64,000 bases of DNA from Botryllus schlosseri. Its lineage: Eukaryota. Within the stretch, counting starts at the first letter, position 1; the number at the start of each line of letters is the position of its first letter. Below, in pieces: positions 41,135 to 52,729 of this stretch. The translations under genes and the position numbers were made by a program. The notes under the pieces were generated by a model. The model saw only the letters and a program-made list of their open reading frames with translations, searched no databases and was not told the origin of the DNA. Location: the NCBI GenBank assembly GCA_051294905.1, contig CM119372.1:40116001-40180000 (forward strand). Reading direction: 5' to 3'.

Positions 41135-41508
41135 TTATTATTAATATTATTACACATTTTACAGTGGTGCTTCTCGCCTTTTTCAGGCTATGTGCACCAC
41201 GACATGAATGTTTGTAATGTTCATATAGGTCTTTGTCTTTCGTAATGTTGGGGACGACTTCTTCAATCTTTCGCTCATTCAGACAGTCTCTCTCGCATCC
41301 ATGCGCCCCCGTCACGGTCTTTGCTGCCAATTTGTAGCACGGCTCACTTTCGGTCTGGGCTTTTCAAAGCACTGCTACTGCAGTGAGGTCGGCGATGAGG
41401 AGCCCAGAGAAACCTCCGACACATAGAAGTTGGTCCGAACCGGGATTCGAATCACTACCATTGGTGTCGTGGCGCTGGCGTTTAACCAACTGCGCCACTC
41501 GCTTCCCC
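41135..41508 (-). mobile_element. Full-length tRNA-derived SINE
   Basis: A box TGGCGCAGTTGG, B box GATTCGAATCC, (TAA)n-like tail, 13-bp TSD ATAATGCAGGTTA at 41122-41134 and 41509-41521. Confidence 0.88.
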
Positions 41509-43814
41509 ATAATGCAGGTTAAGGGTATTTAGAGCTGCGAATACTAGAAGGAGTTAAATTTCAGCCACAAACTTATATGAGCAGTACGCAATATGGGCGT
41601 AGCAAGAATTCAAATTAGAATGGAACACCAGGTTACGTCACGGAACAATCATTGAATTGGGCGAAAGAGGGACTAAATTGGGCAAAGTTTCCTGGTTATT
41701 TTCATATCTATATTGATGTGTTATTCTATAGAAAGTGACTTTCTATAGTTATTCACTATTTGGTAGCTTTATGAATTGCACACTAAGCCTAACCGACAAT
41801 TCGCATACAGCTTTCGGATCGTATCAATGGTTCGATCTATGAAGATAAATCTAGTACTGCAAGACTTTTTGAAGCTTATTATGATGCAATCTGCAGCTTC
41901 ACAGCTATCAAATCCATATTTTCGATAAATCAATTATAGTATACATACAAATATTCCGGAGATCCTCAACTTCAATATAGTTATTACATCAGTTAGTCAA
42001 TTGTCACATCATAATGGAATATACAAACCGTCGTCACCAGAACAGCTGCTGCTATGTTTGGCTACAGCTATGTAAAATGTTTCGTTATATGCCGTATTTC
42101 CGCGCTTAAGAGACCAGACTGGCTATCGACTGACCGTATTAGTCGTCGTGAATCTGTGAAGAAAGCCTCTTTCGAGATTGAAAATATCTGGATGGTGAGT
42201 TACATTTCGTATCTGTACTATTGTAGTAAAGAACATTTGTTCCGTTGCGTTTCCAGTACAGATCCGATTCCTGTTACTCAGTGTCGCAGCTGTACTGAAC
42301 ACAATTATATGTAGCAAGTTGGAATTTTAAACGTACCGGTAGTGTCGATACATTGAATTAACATAAATTGTTGTATCACCAGTACCGATACCAATCTCCA
42401 AGACACAGTAGCTCAATGTCTCTAATGGAGATACTGTTGACAGGTCCAGCATTAGCTATGATTATAAACTATGGTAATTTGGGTTTGAGCGACATCGTTT
42501 GTAAGTGCATTGAAAAAAAATCGACTCGATTGTCGTTATATTGATTACCAAAGCACATCACGACCTGTTTAAGTGTAAAGGGTAGCCTACCACTGACTAT
42601 GCAGAGCTATATTTATAGGCCTATCACCCTGTCATTATCACTGAGCTATATACACATTATTTATTATGTTATGTTATGGTAGGAAGGTAAACATATTATC
42701 TATTCTACTTCAGACTTGCATGGGCAAAGATCGCAAATTTGGGGCTCTTGAAGCTAATGAAATTATCGATTTCTCCTCATGAGAAAATAAGTGTAACATA
42801 CAAACAGCAAAAGGCTGAAGCATATGAAGCAATGGTATCTGAGGTGAGCAATGGAAATTTCATGAAAGCTTTCGATCCCCGTAAATTGGGGCCAGTACAT
42901 GTTAATGATATTATGACATGGGTGAAAATATGACGATGCTATATTGCCATCACTATGAATATGAGAGACTTGACTAGGAACAGGCTTACCTCATTGAACA
43001 TATTTTGCAGTGGCCAACTCAGACTATCTGTTAAGAGTATGTGACCCATCAACCAGACTACTTCTTTTGAAACTACTTCTCTGAGTTCTGTTCATATATT
43101 TATTTTAATTTGAAGCAGCTTGACATAGCCACTTCTATATGCTTTCATTGAGTAGAAATTGACATCTATTGTTTGAGTAGCAATGCGCACTACTGCGGTC
43201 AACTCGGTGTGCAACAATGCACGGGTTAGCTGGGTCTTCAATGTTTTAACCAATATGAAGAGGCAAACATAGCCTTGCCAAAGTTTATCAAACCATCCTT
43301 TCGATCAATATAAACAAATCATAATATATGCACTTCTTGACTCATGATATGACATACACACGATCTGTGCATATGCACAAATCTGCTTTTTGTTAGATTC
43401 AAGGACTGATTGCTATTAGTAGCAGACTCTTACTCTGTGAATGTGAAATCAAATATGTTGTTGGTGAGTAATATACTATGCGTAGGATAGTTACAAAATT
43501 GTACTTTAACTCGCTTATTTACAAGCATAAAGCAAGTCAAGGCTACAACATCAGTACACATTTCGGATGTCGTGGGCCTTTCGAATCCAATCCAAATTGT
43601 CAACTAAACGTTTACCGTATGCCTTATGGTTATTTTTTCAATTTTAGGATGCTGCTATACAAGCTAATATCATGGAATTTCAACCAAATCGACGTCACAT
43701 TTAACGGTAGAAGCGTATGCTGCAAAACAGTAAAGGATCGTTATCAAACAGCTTATATTTCAAGGTAATCATTATCATTCAGCTAATTTGCAAATTTCCA
43801 TGTATAGGCTAAGG

Positions 43815-44189
43815 CAGTGGTTCCCAACGTGGGCGATATCGCCCCCCAGGGGGCGATTTGGCGGTCTAGGGGAGCGAAAATGACGAAGGGGGCGACACGG
43901 GGGCGAAAATGGACAAAGGGGGCGACGGGGGGCGAAAATAGGAAGGGGCGATAGGGGGGCGATGACGCGTCAAAACGGCTGACCTTTTTTTTTAGTCAAC
44001 CCACGGAAATTTAGTTACAAAAGTGTGTCAAATTAGACATCGAGCCGAAAATTTAACCTTTTTTTTTTAGTCAACCCGCCGGTGATTACAGTTTGTATGC
44101 CCAATTTTCGGTACACAAAATTTTGGGGGCGATGATCGGTGTTGACCTTGAAAAGGGGGCGATGGGTCGAAAAAGGTTGGGAACCACTG
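43815..44189. mobile_element. hAT (Charlie-like) MITE with GGGGGCGA repeats
   Basis: TIR CAGTGGTTCCCAAC/GTTGGGAACCACTG; TSD GGCTAAGG; absent from duplicate copy 2. Confidence 0.92.
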
Positions 44190-45051
44190 GGCTAAGGCAA
44201 GTCAAGGTTTCCTAATCAGACCTGTATCTGCGGTCGCTTTGAATCCATTCTGAAAGTCAATATTGCCCAATTCGAAAACGTTTCGTGTTTTGGATTAATA
44301 CCAAGTAGTCAAATTTAAATCAAGTCCATGCATCTCTTTCTCTGATTATTTTTTAAATTTTAGGATGCTGCTTAAAGACTGCATGCTCCAAGAGCAAGAT
44401 TATATCACTGGAACTAACCGAGTTTAGGAGTATGCTGCGACAACTGAAAGACTCGTTATCAAGCTAGCAGGTATGACAACTTTGTTAACGACACCTGATG
44501 TCAACTTTCGTAGTCGCATATATGAAGTAAACCAAAGCAGAGATGGTCAAAGTTACCAGCGTTGCTACTCAAGTCGATGTAGAAATACCAACTTCAATTT
44601 ATACTCGATTACAAGTAGATGCAACAGTTCCCAATACAAGTCAAAACTACGTCAAGTGGAAGTAGAATACGAAATGTCGGAAAAATAGTCAAGTATGGTA
44701 AGTAGTTTTTCGGAAGTTTGTACTTTGAAAATTGCAATATGAATCTTCGCGACTAATATAAAATTACTAATGGCATATGACACTACTAACAGGAACAATC
44801 TTCAAAAATATATTCAGTTATTCCTGGTACAGGTGGTGTTGCTAGACTTGGACAACTAGATATTCTAGTTGTCTAATTATACTAATTGAAGCTATTCTAA
44901 TTTTTGAAATGTTTCTATGCTCTAATTCTAATCGAATTTATGAAATCTTTCTATGGTCTACGGTAATTTTAATTCTAATCTAATGTCTGGGTTTCCTGAA
45001 AAAGCTAGAGGAGAACTGTAGAATGCGAAACGAGCCAAGCTTGCGGTGCAG

Positions 45052-45699
45052 TAGGGGTGTTCAAAAATGACTTTTTATCTCAAATTCTACTCGCTACTTG
45101 ATAAAATTGTTGGGTTACCTTATTGAAGCTTGCCCACTAAATTTGGTTTGATTCCAACCAGCAGCCGCATTGCTACTGGAGAAGAAAGTTTTTTTAATTT
45201 ATTATATTAAAATGAGTCAAAATTTTCTGTTCACCCATGAAATTGTTGTCTATAAACGATGCCCACCAAATTTGCCACAATTCAAACCAGCCGGAGCGGA
45301 GTTACTGATGTCGAAAAATTTGGATTTGAATAAAATAGTATTTACGGTGGGCACAACTGTAATAACTGATTAAAGAATCGGTCACCGTAAAAATACTATT
45401 ATATTAAAATCCAATATTTTTCAACAGCAATAACTCCGCTTCCACTAGTTGGAATTGAGCCAAATCGGTTGGCAATGTTTCTATAGAAAACCTAACAATT
45501 TAATGGGGTGAACAGAAAATTTCAAATCTTCTTTTATTCATTTTCATATAATAAAAAAAAAACTTTCTTCTCCTGTAGCAATGCGGCTACTGGTTGGAAT
45601 CGAACCAAATTTGGTGTGCAGGCTTAAATTAGGTAACCTTACAATTTTATCAAGTAGCCAGTACGATTTGAGAAAAAAATCCATTTTTGAAGACCCCCA
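45052..45699. mobile_element. Foldback MITE, same family as 32957-33619
   Basis: Same palindromic sequence; right TSD missing because the duplication junction follows. Confidence 0.9.
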
Positions 45700-46237
45700 G
45701 CGCACATATCAGATGAGTTTAGAATCCAATCCAAATTGTCAACTAAACGTTTATACCTCATGGTTATTATTTCAATTTTAGGATGCTACTATACAAGATC
45801 ATGTCAGGGCATTTTAACCAAGTCGACGTCGCATTGAACCATAAAACCGTATTCTGCGAAACAGTGATGGATCGTTATCAAACAGCACATATTGCAAGGT
45901 AATCATTAGCATCCAGTTAATTTGCTAATTTCCATGTATAAGGCAAGTCAAGGTTTTCTAATCAGACCTGTATCTGCAGTCGCTTTGAATCCATTCTGAA
46001 AGTCAATATTGCCCAACTAGAAAACGTTTCGTGTTTTGCATTAATACCAAGTAGTCAAATTTAAATCAAGTCCATGCATCTCTTTCTCTGATTTTCTTCT
46101 AATTTTAGGATGCTGCTTAAAGACTGGATGCTGCAAGAGCAAGATTATATCATAGGAACTAACCGAGTTTAGACGTTTGCTGCGAAAACTGAAAGACTCG
46201 TTATCAAGCCAGCAGGTATGACAACTTTGGTAATGAC

Positions 46238-47114
46238 TAGGGCAATTTTTTTTTACCTAAAACAGGAAGATTTTGACCTTTTTTGACTTAAAATAACTGA
46301 AATTTGACCAAATTTTGACCTCACGTATGCAAATTAGGTGTTTTCGCATATAATGTTAAAATTGTACTACTTATCTTCATTTCTGGTTGGAACTGTCTGT
46401 CCTTACAAAGTAGATTGGGCTGAAAAAACGTTTTTTGCTCAAAAATTGACAGATTTTTACATGAAAAACTAGTATTTTAACGAAATCTGGCCCTATGAAG
46501 AATTCCAGTAGTTACATTTCGTATTCTGGTGGAAATAATTAAAATTTGTTGTAGTACAACGAAAGATCCTTTCCTACATTCTCGGGTAGAAAGTGTATGT
46601 CCTTACTACGTAGCTTGCCAAGAACGGAGAAAGAATGTTCAACAGCAGCATTTGTTGGCTGACAACACTCAAGTTGTGTGCACACTGCTGGTGACAAACC
46701 GTGTTGCTTCATTCTGACAATGTTGTCTATATCACAATTTTTCAGCTTGCGCTTCTAGATATAAGAACCATGCAATGTCCAAGCATTCTTGCTTCAGCTA
46801 GGATATTTTGGTACGTTGACCATAAAACCATTTCCATGTTTGTTTCATTTGACCCTTTATGATTCACAATGAGCAGACGATGGTCCGTTTACAACGGTAG
46901 GCCTATGAAGTAGGCTACAAGCTGTAAAATATCAAATGATAAGTTCACCGACAGCACAAAATCTACGATACAAACGAAATGCAGAGGTCAAAAAATGTTT
47001 GACTTTGTAAACAATTTTGACAAATTTTGTAAATAATTTTGACAAATTTTGACCTAACGCTACAATTTTGACCTAATTTTGACTTTTTTTGACATGTCAA
47101 AAAAAATTGCCCTA
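46238..47114 (-). mobile_element. Internally deleted hAT element
   Basis: TIR TAGGGCAATTTTTT/AAAAAATTGCCCTA; TSD GTAATGAC; TTTTGAC subterminal repeats; decayed dimerisation-domain coding sequence; absent from duplicate copy 1. Confidence 0.92.
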
Positions 47115-47413
47115 GTAATGACACCTGATGTCAACTTTCGTAGTCGCATCTATGAGGTAAACCAAAGCAGAGATGGTCAAAGTTACCAGCGTTGCTACTC
47201 AAGTCGATGTAGAAATACCAACTTCAATTTATACTCGATTACAAGTAGATGCAACAGTTCCCAATACGAGTCAAAACTACGCCAAGTGGAAGTAGAATAC
47301 GAAATGTTGGAAAAATAATCAAGTATGGTACGCAGATTTTCAGAGGATTCTACCTTGAAAATTGCAATATGAATCTTCGCGACTAATATAAAATTACTAA
47401 TGGCATATGACAC

Positions 47414-48769
47414 CAGGGGCGTAGACAGGGGGGTAGAATTGAAGAACGTTCTACCCCCTTCCAGGCTCGATTCTATCCCGAAAATCCCAAGTCAACGCTA
47501 TTGTTATAACAACATTTCATCACGTTATCGCCTAATTTCAATTTGCTGCGCGCGACGCCGATCGCCGACGCTGATTACATGCCCTTTTCTCGTCGATCTC
47601 TCGTCTATGGAAGCGCGTCTATGCAAGCGTGAAAGGGCCATTGTTAGATTTTTCTCTTGGCGAGGGTTAGCGATCAGCTTAATCCCTTCATTTATTCTGA
47701 ATGCAGCCGTCGCGCAACAATAACATTTGTCGCGTCGTTCACGCGTTGTTTTCTCATCAACAGTTCATTGTAAACGATAACGAACATTAATAACATGAAA
47801 ATAACAACTTATTTTTATTACTGAATGAAATGTTTTAAAGCAATCGCATCTCAAGTCTGTTCCCCAAAACAGCGTGAAGACATAATACATTCGATTCGCA
47901 TTTTATATTTGACGCCATTGTTGTGCATCGTCTTGACCTCAATGACCATGTATACGTCATACTAGGTTATGCCTTTCGTGATCGGTATCCCACCGGGACG
48001 CATTCAGCCTTCAATAGCCGCGCCGAAACTTGTTTGGGATTCCCTGGCTTTGCGAATAGGTCATTATTCACACGCCGGTACAATTAGTATATGCGCCTTG
48101 TTCGAAAGAGAGAGAGAGAGTCTTTATTTTTCATCGAACCAAAATACATAACAAACGGCAGTGATGGTGGTACAGAAAATATGCGTGCACAGTATTCGGT
48201 ATTAGATAGGAATGATCGATAAGACCGTGAAGGTCATCTAGTCTGATCACACCAGCATCAAACAGGTACACTTGACTCAGAACAGTCTGGCTGTAAAAAA
48301 GTGTTTAGTTAGGAAAGGAAAATAGAAAAAAAATTAAACAATGGTAGCAAATGATCAATGAAGCAATGTCTGGGCGGGGTAGGGTAATGAATGGAATTAA
48401 AACGCCGAGAAGACGTTACTCTTACACGCGAATTGAATCATGTCAAAATTCATGAAGATATAACAGATTCTGCGCTGTATAGATTGTTCGTCGTGAAATG
48501 TTGTTCTGGTATTGTTTCAAGGTCGATTACTTATTTGAATACAAATAAGATCTCCTGCACTGTCACGGGATGAGCGCGTGCGCATCGTAACATGATCCCC
48601 GTGCAAGTTGTTGATTGCTAACTCGCTTTCGGTAATTAGATCCGCCAATTAGTTACGCTTTCAAAAGCGTACGGAATACAGAAATCGCTAAAGGTATGAC
48701 GCATAGAGGCTCATTCTGCCCCCTTTATTCAGTTCTACCCCCTTTTTATCTCGGCTGGCTACGCCCCTG
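47414..48769. mobile_element. hAT-type non-autonomous element
   Basis: TIR CAGGGGCGTAG/CTACGCCCCTG; TSD TATGACAC; empty site at about 44776-44783 in copy 1. Confidence 0.92.
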
Positions 48770-49029
48770 TATGACACTACTAACAGCAAGAATCTTCAAA
48801 AATATATTCAGTTATTTCTGATATGGGCGGTTGCCAGTATTCTAGTTGTCGAATTATCCTAATAGAAGCTATTCTAATTTGTGAAATGTTTCTATGCTCT
48901 AATTCCAATTCTAATCGAATGTATGAAATCTTTCTATGGTCTAATTTTAAGTCTAATCTAATGTCTGGTTTTCCTGGAAATGCTACAGGAGAACTGTACA
49001 GTGCGAAACAAGCCAAGCTTGCTGTACAG

Positions 49030-49685
49030 TAGGGGTGTTAAAAATGAATCTTTATTCTCAAATTCTTCTGGCTACTTCGTAAAATTGTTGGATTACGGAA
49101 TTGAAGCCTAAACACCAAATTTGGTTCAATTCCAACCAGTAGCCGCATTGCTACAGGAGAAGAAAGTTTTTTTATTTATTATTTAAAAATTGGTAAAAAA
49201 ATTCAAAATTTTCTGTTCACCCATGAAAAATTGTCTATAGAAACGATGCCCACCAAATTTGCCTCAAATCAAACCAGCCGAAGCGTAGTTGGTGATTTCG
49301 AAAAATTTGGATTTGAATAAAATAGTATTTACGGTGGGCACAACAGTCATAAATGATTAAAGAATCGTTCACCGTAAATACTATTTTATTCAAATCCAAA
49401 ATTTTGTGACGGCAATAACTCCGCTTCCACTGGTTGGAATTGAGCCAAATCGGTTGAGCATTGTTGCTATAGACAACCTAACAATTTAATGGGGTGAACA
49501 GAAAATTTTAAATCTTTTTTCGTTCATTTTCATATAATAAATAAAAAAACTTTCTTCTCCTGTAGCAATGCGGCTACTGGTTGGAATCAAACCAAATTTG
49601 GTGTGCAGGCTTCAATTAGGTAACCTAACAATTTTATCAAGTAGCCAGTAGATTTGAAAGAAAAAGTCATTTTTGAACACTCCTA
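49030..49685. mobile_element. Foldback MITE, same family as 32957-33619
   Basis: Palindromic; 8-bp TSD CTGTACAG at 49022-49029 and 49686-49693. Confidence 0.92.
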
Positions 49686-52404
49686 CTGTACAGTAGAAAT
49701 TTGCTATTCTCATGCTTATAAGATGAACTATGATTTGATGATAACGGAGTTTGATTCAACTTTTGGCGATTTCAGTAATTCTAATTCTAATCTAATTTGA
49801 AAAAAACTGTTAGGTAGAATTATAATTTTAATCTAATTTCCAACTGTTTAGCTCAAATTTTAATTCTACTCTAATTCGAAAAAAAAACTTGTAGTTGTAA
49901 TATAATTTCAATCCAATTTGGAAAAAGGGAACGTTTTCTAGTTGTCCAAGTCTGCCTTTTACATGCGGTTTGCATGAAAACTATCCATCAATTTCCATCT
50001 TGTCGATGCCTAATTGCCCACACATACAGTGATCGTGTGTGAACATGTTTCCTATAGCGGTAAGTTCACCCTATCGGACCACAGTCTGTGCTGCAATTCC
50101 TTAGCAAGTGTAACATCTGATTTTTTGTAAGTACTTTGTGAAAATATATATACTTTGTAATGGCTTCTATTTTTGTGGTCTTTCATTAAGTTATGCATGT
50201 TAGCATATGTGATTGTTATTTGGGTTGTGAATATGCATTTTGATTTCAGGATGATGCCACAAGTTCTTGCTGAAGATAGTGACTCAGCCTTCGCCGTACA
50301 AGAGTGTATTTCGGAAACCTGGAGGAGGCGACTTCCCAATACTACATGGGCAATGTTCTTCGAGCAGTATTTTCAGTGAATTTTTTCTCCGTCGCTGGGA
50401 TCTCTGTTTTTGTTATTTCACGAAATATGTTTCCATTTTATGTTATTATGATTCAATTGATATCGAATATATGCAATCAAGAAAGTTTATTTGCAATAGC
50501 GTGCCATTTGGAAGAAGATGCAGGATTTCAAGTGGGGTGTATATATTGAAATTCCGCCCCAATCAATTCTAATGGCTAGGGTGAGATATCCGATATACAC
50601 CTCAAGGAATGGGGTGGATTCTGGTCATTCACACCGGCAGGGTTACGTAAGTTCTGTTTTCGTGTACCACCTTTTGGGGTGTGTATAACCACTCTTTTCG
50701 CTAAGAGTGTAGTAAGAGATAATCACACAAATTCTACCTATTGCAGTGGAGTATCCGTAACAGCAGGCTGCTGTTTCATTCAACAAATTGGCAACTGACA
50801 GAACGCGTTTTCGCATTGTTATTAGGGTTACCATGCGTCCTGCTTTAGGAGGATTTGACCTCTTTTTCGGGTTTTTGTAAATGCTCTCAGAGGACGACTA
50901 AATGTCCTCCTTTTTGGCAATTCGTCCTCCTTAACAGCTTATAGAGCTAAGATAGTGGTGAAAATGGGCATAAATGCCGCTAAGTAGGAACGAACGAAAG
51001 TGACGACCTTTTTTAGTCAACCAATGTAAACTTTGAAAAAAAAACTGTATTTCTGGAGTGTTTTTATTTAGTCAATCAACGGAGAATTTGAAAAAAAAGT
51101 GTTATGCTACCCCTACCACATATAACAGTGGTTCCCAAACTTTTGTGGCTTGTGGCATAAACATTATACAACCCACACGGCACACTTACAAGAAAGTTGC
51201 TTGAAAATCTACTCACGTGGTACTTCGATGGCTATGCTAGTTCATACGAAAATACATTTGACTGAAGCGAGGTTTAATTTTTGACAAACCCGCATTTCGT
51301 CGTTTTCCAAGCAGTGTCGTTCGGTAACAGCTGTAAATGTCAATCAAAACGAAAAGCAATTATGTTCGCATACAAATTATGGAGCAAATGACAATATAAT
51401 TATAATTGTAATATCATGGAATAGGATTTGGAAGGAGGCATGCAAAACGCATCAATTTGTTTGTGAAAACAGCGTTTTAAAAAAGCGGGGCGTTTCATAA
51501 GTCAATCAGCTGTTCCTCTTCAAAACGATTGCTTGATTTATGACTTCCAAATGAACTACCCACCATGCATTTGCTTAATACAAAACTACAGCATATCCTC
51601 GGAAATATTGTTGAAGTGAAGGTTTGGGACACGATTTTTTGTTCATGAGTTGATTTGGAACGAATCAAAGAATTTCTGCGAGACATACCATCCAAATTGT
51701 GATGTGGACATTACCGTACTCAACGGCAATGCCATGATTGCTTTCATGGTCATGGTCTCGTGGGCTTTGTCCGCTATTGAAAAAGTTAGACCAATTCTAA
51801 GTCGGATATGCCAGTCTTACATGCCCTATCTTCAATATTAAGCAGTTCTTTTCCAAAATCCACAGCACACATGACAATCTGTGACGGCACCCAGTTTAGA
51901 ATCACTGACATACAATATAATGCCAGTCGTACACAGAATAGTGGTAATTTGTAGTGTTGTAGCTTGCGGTTTAGATACTATCGATTGGTTGTCCGAATCA
52001 CACGAAACATGTGGTGCAAAGTTACGCTCATTTATGGAAAAGACATTTATCTGTGAAGTCGTGATCAACGCACAGCATTGTTACAAAGTGCCATAAAATA
52101 GGCATGGTCCAAAATATACCAAATCCTCTTTGAACTGATGAACAACTGGCATGCATTATATTGTCTGTGGTCTCATAAAAGGTATCTATATGTATTTCCA
52201 CATCGTTCGTATTGTTTTAACGTCATAATGAGTGGTACTTGAATACTCGACTCCACTAGAAGCTACATAATAGATTCATAATAAAATGACTCAAGTACTC
52301 GATTTGGCCCACTCCTGCTATTGATAATGACCGACAAATCAGGAGGGGAGAGGGGAAAAGTTATTTACAAAAGTCCATTTCACTGATTTTTCTCCCTTCA
52401 TAGC

Positions 52405-52729
52405 TTATTTAAAGTCAGAATCGTCATCGAATCTTATGCGAAACTTCATCTGCGAATAACGCAGCTGTTTGTGGGATAAACCATCATACCACCAGATTCC
52501 TTGGTCGCCTGTTTTGTTGAAGTTTCCATTCAGATTGCTATACCCGCATTCTCCATACCACCAGCCCCCTTCGTAAGTGCGAGCGCAGTGCCAACCAGTG
52601 CCGGGGTCAGCGTCTTTCGTTGAAAAAGCGCGATTGTTGTACGTTGGCAAACCATTGCCGGACGCATTTCCGGAGAACTCGCCTGCTTGCAGTCTGTACT
52701 TCGAGGAAGCAGATGAGACTCGGAAATAC
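52405..52729 (-). CDS. Terminal exon of a fibrinogen-related domain (FReD) protein
   Basis: YFRVSSASSKYRLQAGEFSGNA...AFSTKDAD...CARTYEGGWWYGECGYSNLNG...GIWW...SQMKFR; candidate acceptor ATTATCCAG at about 52730. Upstream exons not found. Confidence 0.8.

Larger units (their letters stand above)
43552..49685 (+). repeat. Tandem segmental duplication (copy 1 about 43552-45699, copy 2 about 45698-49685) with copy-specific insertions
   Basis: Colinear blocks, for example 43580 vs 45720, 44200-44490 vs 45940-46237, 44490-44785 vs 47120-47413, 44785-45699 vs 48775-49685. Confidence 0.9.
41790..50379 (+). pseudogene. Unrecognised multi-exon cargo gene, probably decayed
   Basis: Same-strand splice signals: donors at 42195 and 43464 (GTGAGT); acceptor ending 42713; exon-like units 43648-43764, 44364-44470, 45782-45898, 46109-46215; terminal exon-like 50250-50379. 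In-frame stops are present and I could not assemble one continuous frame. Confidence 0.45.
40197..50709. mobile_element. Large EnSpm/CACTA-like non-autonomous DNA transposon with cargo
   Basis: Imperfect TIRs CACTGTAAACGAAAATGGTG and CACTCTTAGCGAAAAGAGTG; 2-bp TA TSD (40195-40196, 50710-50711) defined against the intact LTR; CACACC/GGGGTG subterminal repeats at both ends. Confidence 0.85.
39026..50729 (-). mobile_element. Internally deleted Gypsy LTR element whose 5' LTR is split by a 10.5-kb insertion
   Basis: LTR copies 39026 to about 39258 and 39977-40196 plus 50710-50729; 5-bp TSD AATTC at 39021-39025 and 50730-50734; C-run (minus-strand polypurine tract) at 39257-39265. Confidence 0.9.

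Noticed and set aside
41420..41508. tRNA gene
   Set aside because: Acceptor and anticodon stems do not form properly; it is the head of a SINE with a tail and TSD.
44473..47318. Duplicated short ORFs 44473-44688 and 47079-47318
   Set aside because: They lie just after splice donors in AGTAGA-repeat-like sequence; the similarity comes from the segmental duplication.
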